Positions 10,639 through 20,308 of a DNA stretch of 64,000 nucleotides are shown in pieces (position 1 is the first letter of the stretch; the number at the start of each line of letters is the position of its first letter). The notes under the pieces are model-generated. The model ran no database searches and was not told the origin of the DNA. It saw nothing but the letters and a program-made list of their open reading frames with translations. The translations under genes and the position numbers were made by a program. Origin of the DNA: Hyalangium minutum (GTDB lineage Bacteria > Myxococcota > Myxococcia > Myxococcales > Myxococcaceae); contig NZ_JMCB01000005.1 of assembly GCF_000737315.1 (NCBI RefSeq), forward strand, positions 372,001-436,000, given 5' to 3'.

Positions 10639-11238
10639 ATGCTGCCTGCGGCGAAGCTGGTGGTGACGCTGTGGCTGTCCGCGGGCGAGCCGGCGGTGGT
10701 GGACGCCACGGAGGTGATTCCGGATCTCGTGGTGGACCTGCGCTACGCCACGGAGGACAACTTCCTGAAGCGGGCTGTGTACCCGGCGGACGCGCGCTGC
10801 ATGCTGCTGAAGGACACGGTGCAGCGGCTGAAGAAGGCGGCGGACACGCTGCGGCCCCAGGGCTACCGGCTGAAGGTCTACGACTGCTACCGTCCGCGCG
10901 CCGTGCAGTACGAGATGTGGAAGATCATGCCCCAGCCCGGCTACGTGGCGAATCCGAAGTTCGGCTCGAACCACAACCGGGGTGCGGCGGTGGACCTGAC
11001 GATGGTCACCACCGAGGGCGGCGACGTAGAGATGCCCACGAAGTTCGACGACTTCACCCCCGCGGCGCACCACGGCTACAAGGGCGGCACGGAGGCCTCG
11101 CGCAAGCACCGGGAGATTCTCCGCGAGGCCATGGAGGGCGTCGGCTTCAAGCGCAACCAGATGGAGTGGTGGCACTACGACTTGCCGAACGCCAAGAAGC
11201 TGCCCGTGCTGGACGTGCCCTTCACCAAGCCCCAGTGA
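10639..11238 (+). CDS. ddpX: D-Ala-D-Ala dipeptidase (M15D, VanX/DdpX family)
   Basis: DLRYAT.DNF, VYDCYRP, SNHNRGAAVD (SxHxxGxAxD) and EWWHY motifs. ATG lies 1 nt after the queC stop. Confidence 0.85.
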   Translation: MLPAAKLVVTLWLSAGEPAVVDATEVIPDLVVDLRYATEDNFLKRAVYPADARCMLLKDTVQRLKKAADTLRPQGYRLKVYDCYRPRAVQYEMWKIMPQPGYVANPKFGSNHNRGAAVDLTMVTTEGGDVEMPTKFDDFTPAAHHGYKGGTEASRKHREILREAMEGVGFKRNQMEWWHYDLPNAKKLPVLDVPFTKPQ

Positions 11239-11263
11239 GGAGCGCCCCTCACTCCGAATAGCA

Positions 11264-11297
11264 AAAGGCCCCAGGCTCGCGAGAACCCGGGGCCTTT
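11264..11297. terminator. Bidirectional intrinsic terminator between convergent ddpX and the S8 protease gene
   Basis: Stem AAAGGCCCC / GGGGCCTTT with an A-run on the left and a T-rich tail on the right. Confidence 0.8.
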
Positions 11298-11325
11298 CTC
11301 TTTCACAGCAACGGCTGGGGCGCGC

Positions 11326-12615
11326 TTACTGCGCGGAGGACGGGGTGGACGCCGGCGTGCCGCCGCCGATGAAGCCCATGTAGCCCAGCTTGTTCGGCGA
11401 GCACTTGCCCGGCGAGCCCACCTTGTTGGGCGTCGAGTTGTCCAGCAGCGCCTTGGCCACGTCGTTCGGCGAGGCGTTCGGGTGGGCGCCCAGGTAGAGC
11501 GCCGCCATGCCCGCCACGTGCGGAGTGGCCATGGACGTGCCGCTGATCGTCTTGTTGTCCGCGTCGCCCGTGTTCCACGACGAGGTGATGTTGTGGCCCG
11601 GCGCGAAGATGTCCACGCAGCCGCCAAAGTTGGAGAAAGTGGCCCGCGTGTCGTCCTTCGTTGTCGCGCCCACGGTGATGGCCTCGGCCGTGCGCGACGG
11701 CGAGGTGTTGCACGCGTCCTTGTTGTCGTTGCCCGCCGCCAGCGCGTACACCACGCCTGCGGCCACGGACCGGCGAACCGCGTCATCCAGCGCCCGGTCC
11801 GCGCCGCCACCCAGGCTCATGTTGGCCACCGCGGGCAGCTGCCGGTTGCTCGTCACCCAGTCGATGCCCGCAACCACGCCGGCCGTCGAGCCCGAGCCCG
11901 AGCAGCTCAGCACGCGCACCGCGTGCAGCAGCACGTTCTTCGCCACGCCGAAGGTGCTGCCACCCACCGTGCCCGCCACGTGCGTGCCGTGGCCGTTGCA
12001 GTCGTTGCCCTTCTGCCCGTCGCCGATGGCGTCGTAGCCCACGTCCGCGCGCCCGCCGAACTCGCTGTGCGAGATGCGGATGCCCGTGTCGATGATGTAC
12101 GCGTGCACGCCCTTGCCCTGGGCCGCGGACGTGTACTTCGTGTCCAGCGGCAGGTCGCGCTGATCAATCCGGTCCAGGCCCCACGTGGCGTTCGACTGCG
12201 TGTCGAACACCGTCAGCACCTGGTTCTCCTGCACGTACGCCACCTCGCCGTCGGTGGACATGGCCTGGGCCTGGGCCTCGGTCATCTTGCTGGCGAAGCC
12301 ACGCAGCGCGTTCTCGTACGTGGCGAACGAAGTGCCGCCGTACTTGCCCGTGAGCTGCTGCGCCAGCGGCGCCACCGGCTTCGGCTGCACGCCCGGCGCC
12401 GGATCCTTCAGCACCACCACGTACTCGCCGGAGATGGGCTTGTCGACCTTGACGAACTTCTCCTGCGCGGCCTGCGCCGCCGTCAGCGTCACGCCACTGG
12501 GGCAGTCGCCCGGCGGTTTTCCGTCGTCTGGAGGCGTCGGCGACTTCGGGCATGCCGTCAGCAGGGATACGGCCATGCAGGACACAGCCAGCTTCGCTAC
12601 GGTGAAGACTCTCAT
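11326..12615 (-). CDS. S8 subtilisin-like serine protease (aqualysin/proteinase K-like) lipoprotein with I9 prodomain
   Basis: Lipobox LTAC. Catalytic triad motifs IIDTGI, NGHGTHVAG and SGTSMATPHVAG. Prodomain YVVVLK...GFASKM. Confidence 0.92.
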   Translation of the reverse strand: MRVFTVAKLAVSCMAVSLLTACPKSPTPPDDGKPPGDCPSGVTLTAAQAAQEKFVKVDKPISGEYVVVLKDPAPGVQPKPVAPLAQQLTGKYGGTSFATYENALRGFASKMTEAQAQAMSTDGEVAYVQENQVLTVFDTQSNATWGLDRIDQRDLPLDTKYTSAAQGKGVHAYIIDTGIRISHSEFGGRADVGYDAIGDGQKGNDCNGHGTHVAGTVGGSTFGVAKNVLLHAVRVLSCSGSGSTAGVVAGIDWVTSNRQLPAVANMSLGGGADRALDDAVRRSVAAGVVYALAAGNDNKDACNTSPSRTAEAITVGATTKDDTRATFSNFGGCVDIFAPGHNITSSWNTGDADNKTISGTSMATPHVAGMAALYLGAHPNASPNDVAKALLDNSTPNKVGSPGKCSPNKLGYMGFIGGGTPASTPSSAQ

Positions 12616-12794
12616 CAGTCACCTCGTTTCACTGCGAATTACAGGTTTTCCACTCTAAGAGATGTTGCTGACATCCTCGCTCTGACGGAGGACGCGTCAG
12701 AAGAACGGGGGTTCACCACTGAACGCAATCGGACAGTGGGAGGTGTGTGGAGGTGATCGTCGCTGCCCCCCGGCGATGGACTAAAGAGTTAGAC

Positions 12795-15308
12795 ATGGCT
12801 GCTGTCCCCGAGAGTTCCCTGCGCCGAGGCGCGGAGGTCCGTTGCCCGGCCTGTCTCCGTTTCAAGGCTCCGCACGGGATGTGTCCCACGTGCGGCTGTG
12901 GTGAGGTGCCCTTGGAGCGCCATGGCGCCGCGCGCACGTTGCTTCAGGCCGGTGTGGATCGCTTCGCCCTGGCGCAGCGGGTGGCCGCGCTGGAGCCTGG
13001 GCAAGCGGAGTGGATGGAGCAGCAGTACGCCGCGCAGTGGGAGAAGGCCTGGCCGCTGCTCGAGGACGTGCGCCGCTGCGAGGAGCACCTGCTCCAGAAG
13101 GGCTTCGTCGAGGACGCGGTGGAGCAGCTGGCTGCGCTCATACCCGGAGGGCTGAGGCTGGTGTCACCGGAGGGCGGCCCTCTCGAGCACCCCGAGACGC
13201 TGGAGGGCCTGTTCGCCAAGGGCGCCTCGTGGGAGGTGCGGCAGCTGGCCGGGCTCGCGCTGGTGCACCAGGGCAAGGTCTCCCAAGAACTCTCCTATCT
13301 GGTGCGCTCGTGCCTGAGCGACGACCGGGAACGGATCCGTGTGGAGACCGCGCTCGCCGTGTCCCGCTGGCGGGTGTTCGAGTGGATCCGGATTGGGGTG
13401 AAGGGCTGGGAGCAGGTGCGGGAGATCGCGCGCCGCGCCATGGCTCAGCCGGAGCTGACTGCCCGGGCCGCGGTGGCGTGGGCGCGGGCGTCTCGGGGGA
13501 AGGAACTCGAGGTGGATGTGCTCTTCGCTCTCCGGCAGGGGCTCGAGCATCCGGATCCCGACGTGCGCTTCGAGTGCGCGCTGTGCCTGGATAACGAGGC
13601 GGAGCTGCTGGCAGCGCTCGGATCGCAGGACACTCAGAAGGTCTCCCGGGCCCGCCGGGTTTTGACCACCTTGCGATCGGCGAGCCTCTTCGAGCAGCTG
13701 GTTCGCAGGGGAGACGCGGGCTTCGTGCGAGACGTGGTCGCGACGCTCCCGCAGGAGGTGCCGGACGAGGCGCTGGAGGCGCTGCTCTCCCGCTCGGAGC
13801 AGGGCCCCGGCCGTTTGACAGAGGCTCTGCTCCCATTGGTGGAGGGGCGTCCCTTCGCGGGGTGGTCCGAGGCCGCCCGGGATCGCTGGAGCTATTGGGC
13901 GCGGGTTGTGCTTCCCGGGGCGCCTCCCGAGGTGGCCCTGCGCCTCCTTCGATGGGTGGGTGAGCCACCGGTGGCAGCGGGCCCGGCGCGGGTCTTCGTG
14001 GAGGCCACGGCCGAGACCCTCGCGCGAGCGCCCGCGGACGTACGGGCGCGCAGCCTGGAGGACATCGGCTTCTCGCGCTTCCTCGCGCTGGCAGGCCCCC
14101 AGGAGGAGCCGCTGCTGAACCAGTGGGCGCGCGAGGCGGAGAGCGGTGCTCCGCTGGCCCAGGCGCTCATGACGCTGACCTCGCGCCTCCAGGACTGGCA
14201 GGAGCCGCCGGAACAGGCCGCCCGCGTGCTGAACGCGGTATGGGAAGGCCCTGGACGGCAGGCGCTGCTGGAGCCGCTGAAGCAGGCGGTGCGTGACTGG
14301 AGCGGCATTGTCGGCCGGGTCGTGCTCATCGATGCCGTGTGGCAGCGCTTCCACGAGCACCCGGACGAGCGCGCGGATCTGCTCTTCGTCTTCGCCCCGT
14401 GGCGGCAGGAGCTGTGGGAGCGGCAGCTCGCGTCGCCAGAGGATGCCGTCACGCGCTTTCAGGCGTGGTGGCATGTGGATCCGGAGGGGTTTGCGCGTCA
14501 GGCGGATCTCCTGATGCAGGATGCTCCCGTGGATGAGCTGCCGAGGCGCGTGCAGTGCGTGCTCTCCGCGGCGGCAGACAGGGTGATGCTCCAGCCTCGC
14601 ACCACCTCCCTGGCCGTGTTCTACGCGGCGGCGGCGCTGGCCAATGCGTTCCGGGCAGGAGCGGACGAGCTCGCTCCGGAGGTCGAGCGCTTCCTGGAGT
14701 GGTTCCCCGGGTTCGAGCGGCGCGTGCAGACCACACCGCCCGAAACGACTGACCGGGCACCCCGGCGGGACTTCCTGGAGGAACTGCACACCGAGGTCCG
14801 GCTGATGCGCGAGCGCCTCGAAGCGCTGCGCGAGGAGGCGGACCGGCAGTGGCAGGAGGAGCTGCGGCGGAAGGTGGAGGAATCCCGGCGCCGCGACATG
14901 GAGCGCCAGGCCCGGGAGGCCGAGAAGGCTGCGGAGGAATCCCGGCGCAAGGCGGAGGAGGCGCGGCGCGTGCTGGAGGCCCAGCGTGCCGAGCAGGCGG
15001 CGCACCTCGCTGACACGCTCGAACAAACCTCGGAGCCAGAGGCGGCGACGCGAAAGCTGCGCCCGCGCATCGACAGCAAGTCCATCGACATGGAGATCAT
15101 CTTTCCGGGCAAGGCGCTCCCCACGCTGCTGGACTACGCGCGGCTGTTGAAGACCCTGGGCCTGGGGGATCCTTTGAAGGCCCTCTCATCGGCGGGACTC
15201 GATATGGCCGGTTGGGTCGCCGAGGCCACCGCCTGGGGGCAGGCGCTGACAGGGCGCCTGGAGCTGGGCCTGCGCTTCGGTGAGCTGATGACCGCTCCCT
15301 GGGAGTGA
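12795..15308 (+). CDS. Hypothetical protein: N-terminal Zn ribbon, HEAT/alpha-solenoid body, charged coiled coil, small C-terminal domain
   Basis: CPAC-x9-CPTC, a HEAT-like LEHPDPDVRFECAL segment and an E/R-rich coiled coil near the C-terminus. ATG at 12795 chosen as the start. Confidence 0.7.
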   Translation: MAAVPESSLRRGAEVRCPACLRFKAPHGMCPTCGCGEVPLERHGAARTLLQAGVDRFALAQRVAALEPGQAEWMEQQYAAQWEKAWPLLEDVRRCEEHLLQKGFVEDAVEQLAALIPGGLRLVSPEGGPLEHPETLEGLFAKGASWEVRQLAGLALVHQGKVSQELSYLVRSCLSDDRERIRVETALAVSRWRVFEWIRIGVKGWEQVREIARRAMAQPELTARAAVAWARASRGKELEVDVLFALRQGLEHPDPDVRFECALCLDNEAELLAALGSQDTQKVSRARRVLTTLRSASLFEQLVRRGDAGFVRDVVATLPQEVPDEALEALLSRSEQGPGRLTEALLPLVEGRPFAGWSEAARDRWSYWARVVLPGAPPEVALRLLRWVGEPPVAAGPARVFVEATAETLARAPADVRARSLEDIGFSRFLALAGPQEEPLLNQWAREAESGAPLAQALMTLTSRLQDWQEPPEQAARVLNAVWEGPGRQALLEPLKQAVRDWSGIVGRVVLIDAVWQRFHEHPDERADLLFVFAPWRQELWERQLASPEDAVTRFQAWWHVDPEGFARQADLLMQDAPVDELPRRVQCVLSAAADRVMLQPRTTSLAVFYAAAALANAFRAGADELAPEVERFLEWFPGFERRVQTTPPETTDRAPRRDFLEELHTEVRLMRERLEALREEADRQWQEELRRKVEESRRRDMERQAREAEKAAEESRRKAEEARRVLEAQRAEQAAHLADTLEQTSEPEAATRKLRPRIDSKSIDMEIIFPGKALPTLLDYARLLKTLGLGDPLKALSSAGLDMAGWVAEATAWGQALTGRLELGLRFGELMTAPWE

Positions 15309-15320
15309 GCGGCTCCATCC

Positions 15321-17234
15321 TCACGGCGTGGGGACGATGATGTCTCCCACGTCGTTGTCCTGATCCGGCAGGACCTTCACAGGATGGGTCGTGGAGGGAG
15401 CTCCACGGAGAATTCCCTGCTGGGTTCCTCGCGTGACTTTGAGAAGGAATTCTCCGGGTTGGACGCCAGCGAAGCTGAAGCGGCCATCCTTCCCCGTGCC
15501 GCCCCTCCCCATGGTGTTGCGCATGTAAATCAGCGGGTGGTGCACCCAGCCATTCTCCAGCGGTTGCCGCGAGGCCTCATCGATGAGCCGTCCCTTCATG
15601 GTGACTCCGGGCGTGACGGTGACCTCCAGCTCCTTCAGCTCTCCTGGCTGCAGCTCGACGGCGACCGTGGCCGCCATATCCTCCGCCTTCACCGCGAAGT
15701 GCTTGAGCCCTGGGGCAAGCCCTCGCAGATCGAACCGGTCACCGGTGAAATCGGAATAGTAATTCCAGCCCTCCTTTCGGTCCCCGGAAGGGATGATGAC
15801 CTCAATGCGTCCCACGGGAATCCCCAACGGGTGGAGGACCCGGCCTCGAATGGCCGCCAGCGCAGGCTGCGCGGAACCCTCCGTGGCCTCTGGGACCTGG
15901 CATGTCACGTCATCGCGAGGCTCGCAGGTCCACACCACGGAGGCATGCTCGCCCGCGGCCAAGGTGACGGGTGGGGGCCTGTACCGGCCTCTTTGCGGGA
16001 GGGCGACTCCCGGGACATGGGTTCCCGGCGCCAGTGGACCGAGGGTGAACGCGCCGTGCTCATCCGTCACCGCGAGCGCACGGCTCCGGTGAGCCAGGCC
16101 CGACGATCCTGCCATGCGGCGCCAGGTCTCCACCTTCGCGCCGATCACCGGCGAGCCATCCTTTCGAAGCATCGTCCCCGAGAGCCGCGCACCCGCGCCG
16201 AGCGTGACACGCAGCCCACGCACGCGATCCCCCTCGTCCACCGCCACCGCGTCCAGCACTCCGGTCTCCTCGCCCTGTCGCGAGGACACGGTATAGGTCC
16301 CCGGAGGCACATCGATGGCGAAGTGTCCCTCGCCGTCCGTGAGGACTGTCGCGTCATATTGGGAACTGGTGGTGGAGACCTCCGCTCCCGGGGCGGGTGC
16401 CCCATCCGCATGCACCACCGTTCCTTCGAGCTGCCCGGACCGAGACAGCTCCAGCGTGAGGCGGCTCTGCGGAATCCCGAAGACTGGGATCTCCACCCGG
16501 GCGTAGCCCGAGGCCTGTGCCTCGACGCGATAGGTGCCTGGGGCCAGGCCCGAGAGCATGAACTCGCCAGCCTCGTTGCTCGTGGCCAGGAGGCCCTCGT
16601 CCTCGGGGGAGTCGGGCCGTGCCTGCGGTGCGGACATGACGCCTGGAGGCGTCACGAGGATCTCCGCGTTCTCGATGGGCTTGCCCGTCTCCTTCTCCAG
16701 GATGAGGCCGGACAGCTCAGCCGCTCGCTCCAGGTTCAGCCGCACGCGGGTCCTCGCAGGCCCCGGGGGCTGCACCACCGTCACATAGCCTGGAGCGAGC
16801 CCCTCCGCGTGGACCGTCACGTAATAGCTCCCGGGCGCCACGGGCGGAGTCCACCGTCCATCAGCTCCCGTCACCCCGCTGTCCACACCGATCCACTGCG
16901 CCGGGAAGGAGAGGAGCTCCGCAGGCTGCCGTGCGTAGAGCTGCACGGATGCGCCGGGCAGCGGCGCGTCCTTGGAGAGGACCTCCACCACCAGGGCCCC
17001 TGCGTGGGACGGCGCTCCCATGGAGCGGGGCGAGTCGTCGAGGGCTCGCTCACCGGACACGGGCTGCGGACGGGCCCGGGACGACGTCTTCGGGCCGCGA
17101 GGACCTGGGCGCGTCCGCGAGGCGGGTACCTCGTCTTCTGCGCTCCTCCAGAGACCGAGCCCCAGCAGCAGCAGCAAGGCCATGAGGGCTCCACCCACAC
17201 CCACGGCCTTCCGGCTTACTCGACGCTCTCCCAT
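15321..17234 (-). CDS. Membrane-anchored protein with repeated carboxypeptidase-regulatory-like (CnaB/transthyretin-like) domains
   Basis: N-terminal hydrophobic anchor. Repeated G.V....G.P..GA.V and TD..G.F....L.PG.Y.V units. Confidence 0.75.
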   Translation of the reverse strand: MGERRVSRKAVGVGGALMALLLLLGLGLWRSAEDEVPASRTRPGPRGPKTSSRARPQPVSGERALDDSPRSMGAPSHAGALVVEVLSKDAPLPGASVQLYARQPAELLSFPAQWIGVDSGVTGADGRWTPPVAPGSYYVTVHAEGLAPGYVTVVQPPGPARTRVRLNLERAAELSGLILEKETGKPIENAEILVTPPGVMSAPQARPDSPEDEGLLATSNEAGEFMLSGLAPGTYRVEAQASGYARVEIPVFGIPQSRLTLELSRSGQLEGTVVHADGAPAPGAEVSTTSSQYDATVLTDGEGHFAIDVPPGTYTVSSRQGEETGVLDAVAVDEGDRVRGLRVTLGAGARLSGTMLRKDGSPVIGAKVETWRRMAGSSGLAHRSRALAVTDEHGAFTLGPLAPGTHVPGVALPQRGRYRPPPVTLAAGEHASVVWTCEPRDDVTCQVPEATEGSAQPALAAIRGRVLHPLGIPVGRIEVIIPSGDRKEGWNYYSDFTGDRFDLRGLAPGLKHFAVKAEDMAATVAVELQPGELKELEVTVTPGVTMKGRLIDEASRQPLENGWVHHPLIYMRNTMGRGGTGKDGRFSFAGVQPGEFLLKVTRGTQQGILRGAPSTTHPVKVLPDQDNDVGDIIVPTP

Positions 17235-17324
17235 GGAGACAAATGTACCGGGAGCCCCACGCCCCACTGAAGACGAGGCCCCCCTGATCCGCGCGCCGCT
17301 CAGGCGGTGTACGATGGGAGTGTC

Positions 17325-17906
17325 ATGTTGAAACTCCACGCGAAGAAACTCTGGGCCCTGTGCTGTCTCGGGTTTGCTCTCATGGTGCTGTTCCCCGGGG
17401 AGGCCTCGGCCCGGCGCCGGAGGGCCAGCTTCAACGACGAGGTGGATGATCCGATCTGCTACCGGAGCTCCTACGGCATTTGCCAGAAGTGGCGAGTGGA
17501 ACTGGTGGGCGGAGGTCTCCTCTCGACGAACGGCGCTGCGGCGGTGGCCGGGGCCAAGTTTGGCTACGCCTTGGTGTTGGGGCCGCGGCTGGAACTGGGT
17601 GGAAACCTGCTCTTCGTGAAGGACGTCCGCATCAACGAGGGCCCCTATTTCGGCACCGCCGAGGGCGTGCTCCGGGTCGCCACCATGGCTGGGCCCAACC
17701 ACCGGGCCTTCATCGAGTTTGGCGCGGGGGCCTCGCGGTACGAGAGCTCCGAGACCGCCTACTGGGCCTTCCCCTGTGCCAGCGGCGGCGTCTCCTTCGA
17801 GATCGCCGGACCGGGGCTCGGCCTCTTCGTCAACGCGGGTGTCTCCCTCATGTGGGCCGAGGGCATGGCCGCACTGCCACACGCCGGCGTCGGCTTGGTC
17901 TTCTAG
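17325..17906 (+). CDS. Putative outer-membrane beta-barrel protein
   Basis: GGAG precedes the ATG at 17325. Signal peptide (..GEASA), alternating amphipathic strands and a terminal Phe (VGLVF, Bam beta-signal-like). Confidence 0.6.
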   Translation: MLKLHAKKLWALCCLGFALMVLFPGEASARRRRASFNDEVDDPICYRSSYGICQKWRVELVGGGLLSTNGAAAVAGAKFGYALVLGPRLELGGNLLFVKDVRINEGPYFGTAEGVLRVATMAGPNHRAFIEFGAGASRYESSETAYWAFPCASGGVSFEIAGPGLGLFVNAGVSLMWAEGMAALPHAGVGLVF

Positions 17907-18039
17907 AGTCCCAGCAATTCCAGGAACTTACGGGGCCTCAAGCCCGGCTCGACGGCGATTCCAGTAACACTGAAGGTAAAAATGCCGAAACGTCGTCGAA
18001 TGGAGGCAACTGTAGGTCTTGGGCGCTGATAATAAAGGC

Positions 18040-19269
18040 ATGAATTCCGTCAGCCTCCAGCGCTCACTCTCCCAGCCCCGCCCCGTCGCTGCGCCGCTCG
18101 CCCGGGAGGCTCTGCGTTCCACTCCCGCCGCCGTCACGCCGCGCGCCTCGGAGCGCTCGTCGTTCACGTCGAGCCCGTCCCGCGCGGACTCGCTGACGAA
18201 GCTCGGCTCGCTCTTCGCGCCCACGGCGGCGAAGCCCGCGAGCGCCGCGGCGGAGACGGAGAAGACGGTCCGCGCCAGCGCCACGCCGAACCTGGCCATC
18301 CCGGACAACTCCAAGGTGGAGTCCACGCTTCGCTTCGATGACGCGCTGTCGCTCAAGAGCGGCAAGGTGTCCGTGGACATTCCGCACTCGTACCGGGGCG
18401 ATCTGGTGGTGACGCTGACGAGCCCCTCGGGCAAGAGCCAGACGCTGTCCAACAAGCAGGGCGGCTCGGAGGACAACCTCAAGGCCACGTTCGACCTGAG
18501 CGCCTTCGCGGGCGAGTCCACGAAGGGCGACTGGAAGCTTACCGTGGAGGACACGGCGAAGCAGGACGTGGGCACGCTGAAGGAGTGGAACCTCGAGCTG
18601 ACGGGCACGGCCAAGAGCGACGAGCCCCAGCAGCCTCCGACGGGGGAGGATCCGTTCCAGGGCCTGAGGGATCAGGCGCTGCTGAAGGCCATCCAGGGCG
18701 CGTCCTCGGGCAAGCACGTGGTGAGCTACAGCGAGGCCCGCAAGGAGATCTTCACCAACGTGGACGTGAACAACGGCAAGGTGCGCGACGTGTACACGCA
18801 CCGGGAGATCAACGGCGGCAAGATTCCGAACAGCTCGGACATGAACGTGGAGCACACGTGGCCGCAGTCGAAGGGGGCCACGGGCACGGCGAAGAGCGAC
18901 CTGCACCACCTGTTCCCCACGGACAGCAAGGCGAACAGCACGCGCAGCAGCTTCCCGTTCGGCAAGGTGGAGAAGGTGCAGTGGAGCAGCCCGAGCGGCG
19001 CGAAGTTCGGCACGGACGCGCAGGGCCGCAAGGTGTTCGAGCCGCCCGATGACCACAAGGGCAACGTGGCGCGCGCGATGTTCTACTTCTCCGCCGAGTA
19101 CAACAAGCGCATCCCTCCCGAGGAGGAGTCGGTGCTGCGCGAGTGGAACAAGTCGGACGCGGTGGACGCGGCCGAGATCGAGCGCAACCGCCGGGTGGCC
19201 GGGGTGCAGGGCAACAACAACCAGTTCGTGCTGCACTCGGAGCTGGCGGACCGCATCTCGGACTTCTGA
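18040..19269 (+). CDS. Endonuclease I-family nuclease with proprotein-convertase P-domain
   Basis: P-domain (VDIPHSYRGDLVVTLTSPSG...GDWKLTVED). Nuclease motifs NVEHTWPQS, DLHHLFPTD, KGNVARAMFYF and ERNRRV...QGNNN.F. Confidence 0.85.
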   Translation: MNSVSLQRSLSQPRPVAAPLAREALRSTPAAVTPRASERSSFTSSPSRADSLTKLGSLFAPTAAKPASAAAETEKTVRASATPNLAIPDNSKVESTLRFDDALSLKSGKVSVDIPHSYRGDLVVTLTSPSGKSQTLSNKQGGSEDNLKATFDLSAFAGESTKGDWKLTVEDTAKQDVGTLKEWNLELTGTAKSDEPQQPPTGEDPFQGLRDQALLKAIQGASSGKHVVSYSEARKEIFTNVDVNNGKVRDVYTHREINGGKIPNSSDMNVEHTWPQSKGATGTAKSDLHHLFPTDSKANSTRSSFPFGKVEKVQWSSPSGAKFGTDAQGRKVFEPPDDHKGNVARAMFYFSAEYNKRIPPEEESVLREWNKSDAVDAAEIERNRRVAGVQGNNNQFVLHSELADRISDF

Positions 19270-19316
19270 TGACAGGGCTCCGGTGGCGGCCGGGGGCGTG
19301 CTAGGCAGGCGGCTTC

Positions 19317-20240
19317 ATGACTCGTGAGGACCGCATGCGCGTGAAGATGTCCCCCGGAGGCCCCGAGGTGTCCCGGCTCGCTTACGGCGCGTGGCGCCTG
19401 CTGGATGACGGCCAGGGGGCCGACGTCCAGCGGGTGCTGACGTTGATCGAGACGTGCCTGGGATGTGGCATCACCACGTTCGATCACGCGGACATCTATG
19501 GAGGGTACCGCGTCGAGGAGGCGTTCGGCGCCGCGCTGAAGGCCCGCCCGGGGCTGCGGCAGCGGATGGAGCTGGTGACCAAGTGCGGCATCATGCTGGT
19601 CAACCCGGCCCGGCCGAAGACGTGGATCAAGCACTACGACTACTCGCGGCAGCACATCGTCGAGTCCGTGGAGCGCTCGCTGAGCAACCTGGGCACGGAC
19701 TACCTCGACGTGCTGCTGCTGCACCGGCCGAGCCCGCTGCTGGACCCGGATGAGGTGGCCGAGGCGGTGAACGCGCTGGTAACGCAGGGCAAGGTGCGCC
19801 ACGTGGGCGTGTCGAACTTCACGCCGGCGCAAGTGGACACGCTGGCCAGCCGCCTGAGCCGGCCGCTGGTGACGAACCAGGTGGAGCTGCACCCGCTGCG
19901 GCTGGAGCCGTTCCTGGACGGGACGCTGGACCAGTGCCTGCAGCGGCGGATGTCCCCCATGGCATGGTCGCCGCTGGCGGGCGGGCGCCTGCTGAAGGGC
20001 GAGGGACAGGCGGAGAGCCGGGTGCGCGCGGTGCTGTCTGCGCTGGCCCGGCAGTACGGCGCGGAGATGGATCAGGTCATCTACGCGTGGCTGCTGCGGC
20101 ACCCGGCGAACATCATTCCCGTGTTGGGCACTCAACGGCTGGAGCGCGTGACAGCCGCTGTGAGGGCGCTCGAGCTGAAGATGGACACGCAGGACTGGTT
20201 CGCGGTGTGGAGCGCCTCGTCGGGAGCCGCAGTGCCGTGA
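19317..20240 (+). CDS. Aldo/keto reductase (YdhF-like)
   Basis: FDHADIYG, LVTKCG, YLDVLLLHRP, GVSNF and AWSPLAGG motifs. Confidence 0.9.
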   Translation: MTREDRMRVKMSPGGPEVSRLAYGAWRLLDDGQGADVQRVLTLIETCLGCGITTFDHADIYGGYRVEEAFGAALKARPGLRQRMELVTKCGIMLVNPARPKTWIKHYDYSRQHIVESVERSLSNLGTDYLDVLLLHRPSPLLDPDEVAEAVNALVTQGKVRHVGVSNFTPAQVDTLASRLSRPLVTNQVELHPLRLEPFLDGTLDQCLQRRMSPMAWSPLAGGRLLKGEGQAESRVRAVLSALARQYGAEMDQVIYAWLLRHPANIIPVLGTQRLERVTAAVRALELKMDTQDWFAVWSASSGAAVP

Positions 20241-20308
20241 AGAGGCACACCTCTGCCTGCATTGTCCAGAGGGGTGGCCAATAGGTTCTGCTGTGCGGAA
20301 GACTGGGG

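Noticed and set aside
11234-11282. SAH-riboswitch-like words (GAGGAGCGC...CCAGGCTCG)
   Set aside because: The conserved UGCRA core and the downstream GCGCUC pseudoknot partner are missing. The site lies between convergent genes and is explained by the terminator.
12747-12794. ORF-track upstream extensions (also 17235-17882, 28535-28765, 39469-39612, 46651-47130)
   Set aside because: They overlap neighbouring genes or lack ribosome-binding sites. Shorter starts with an RBS or matching family N-termini were used instead.
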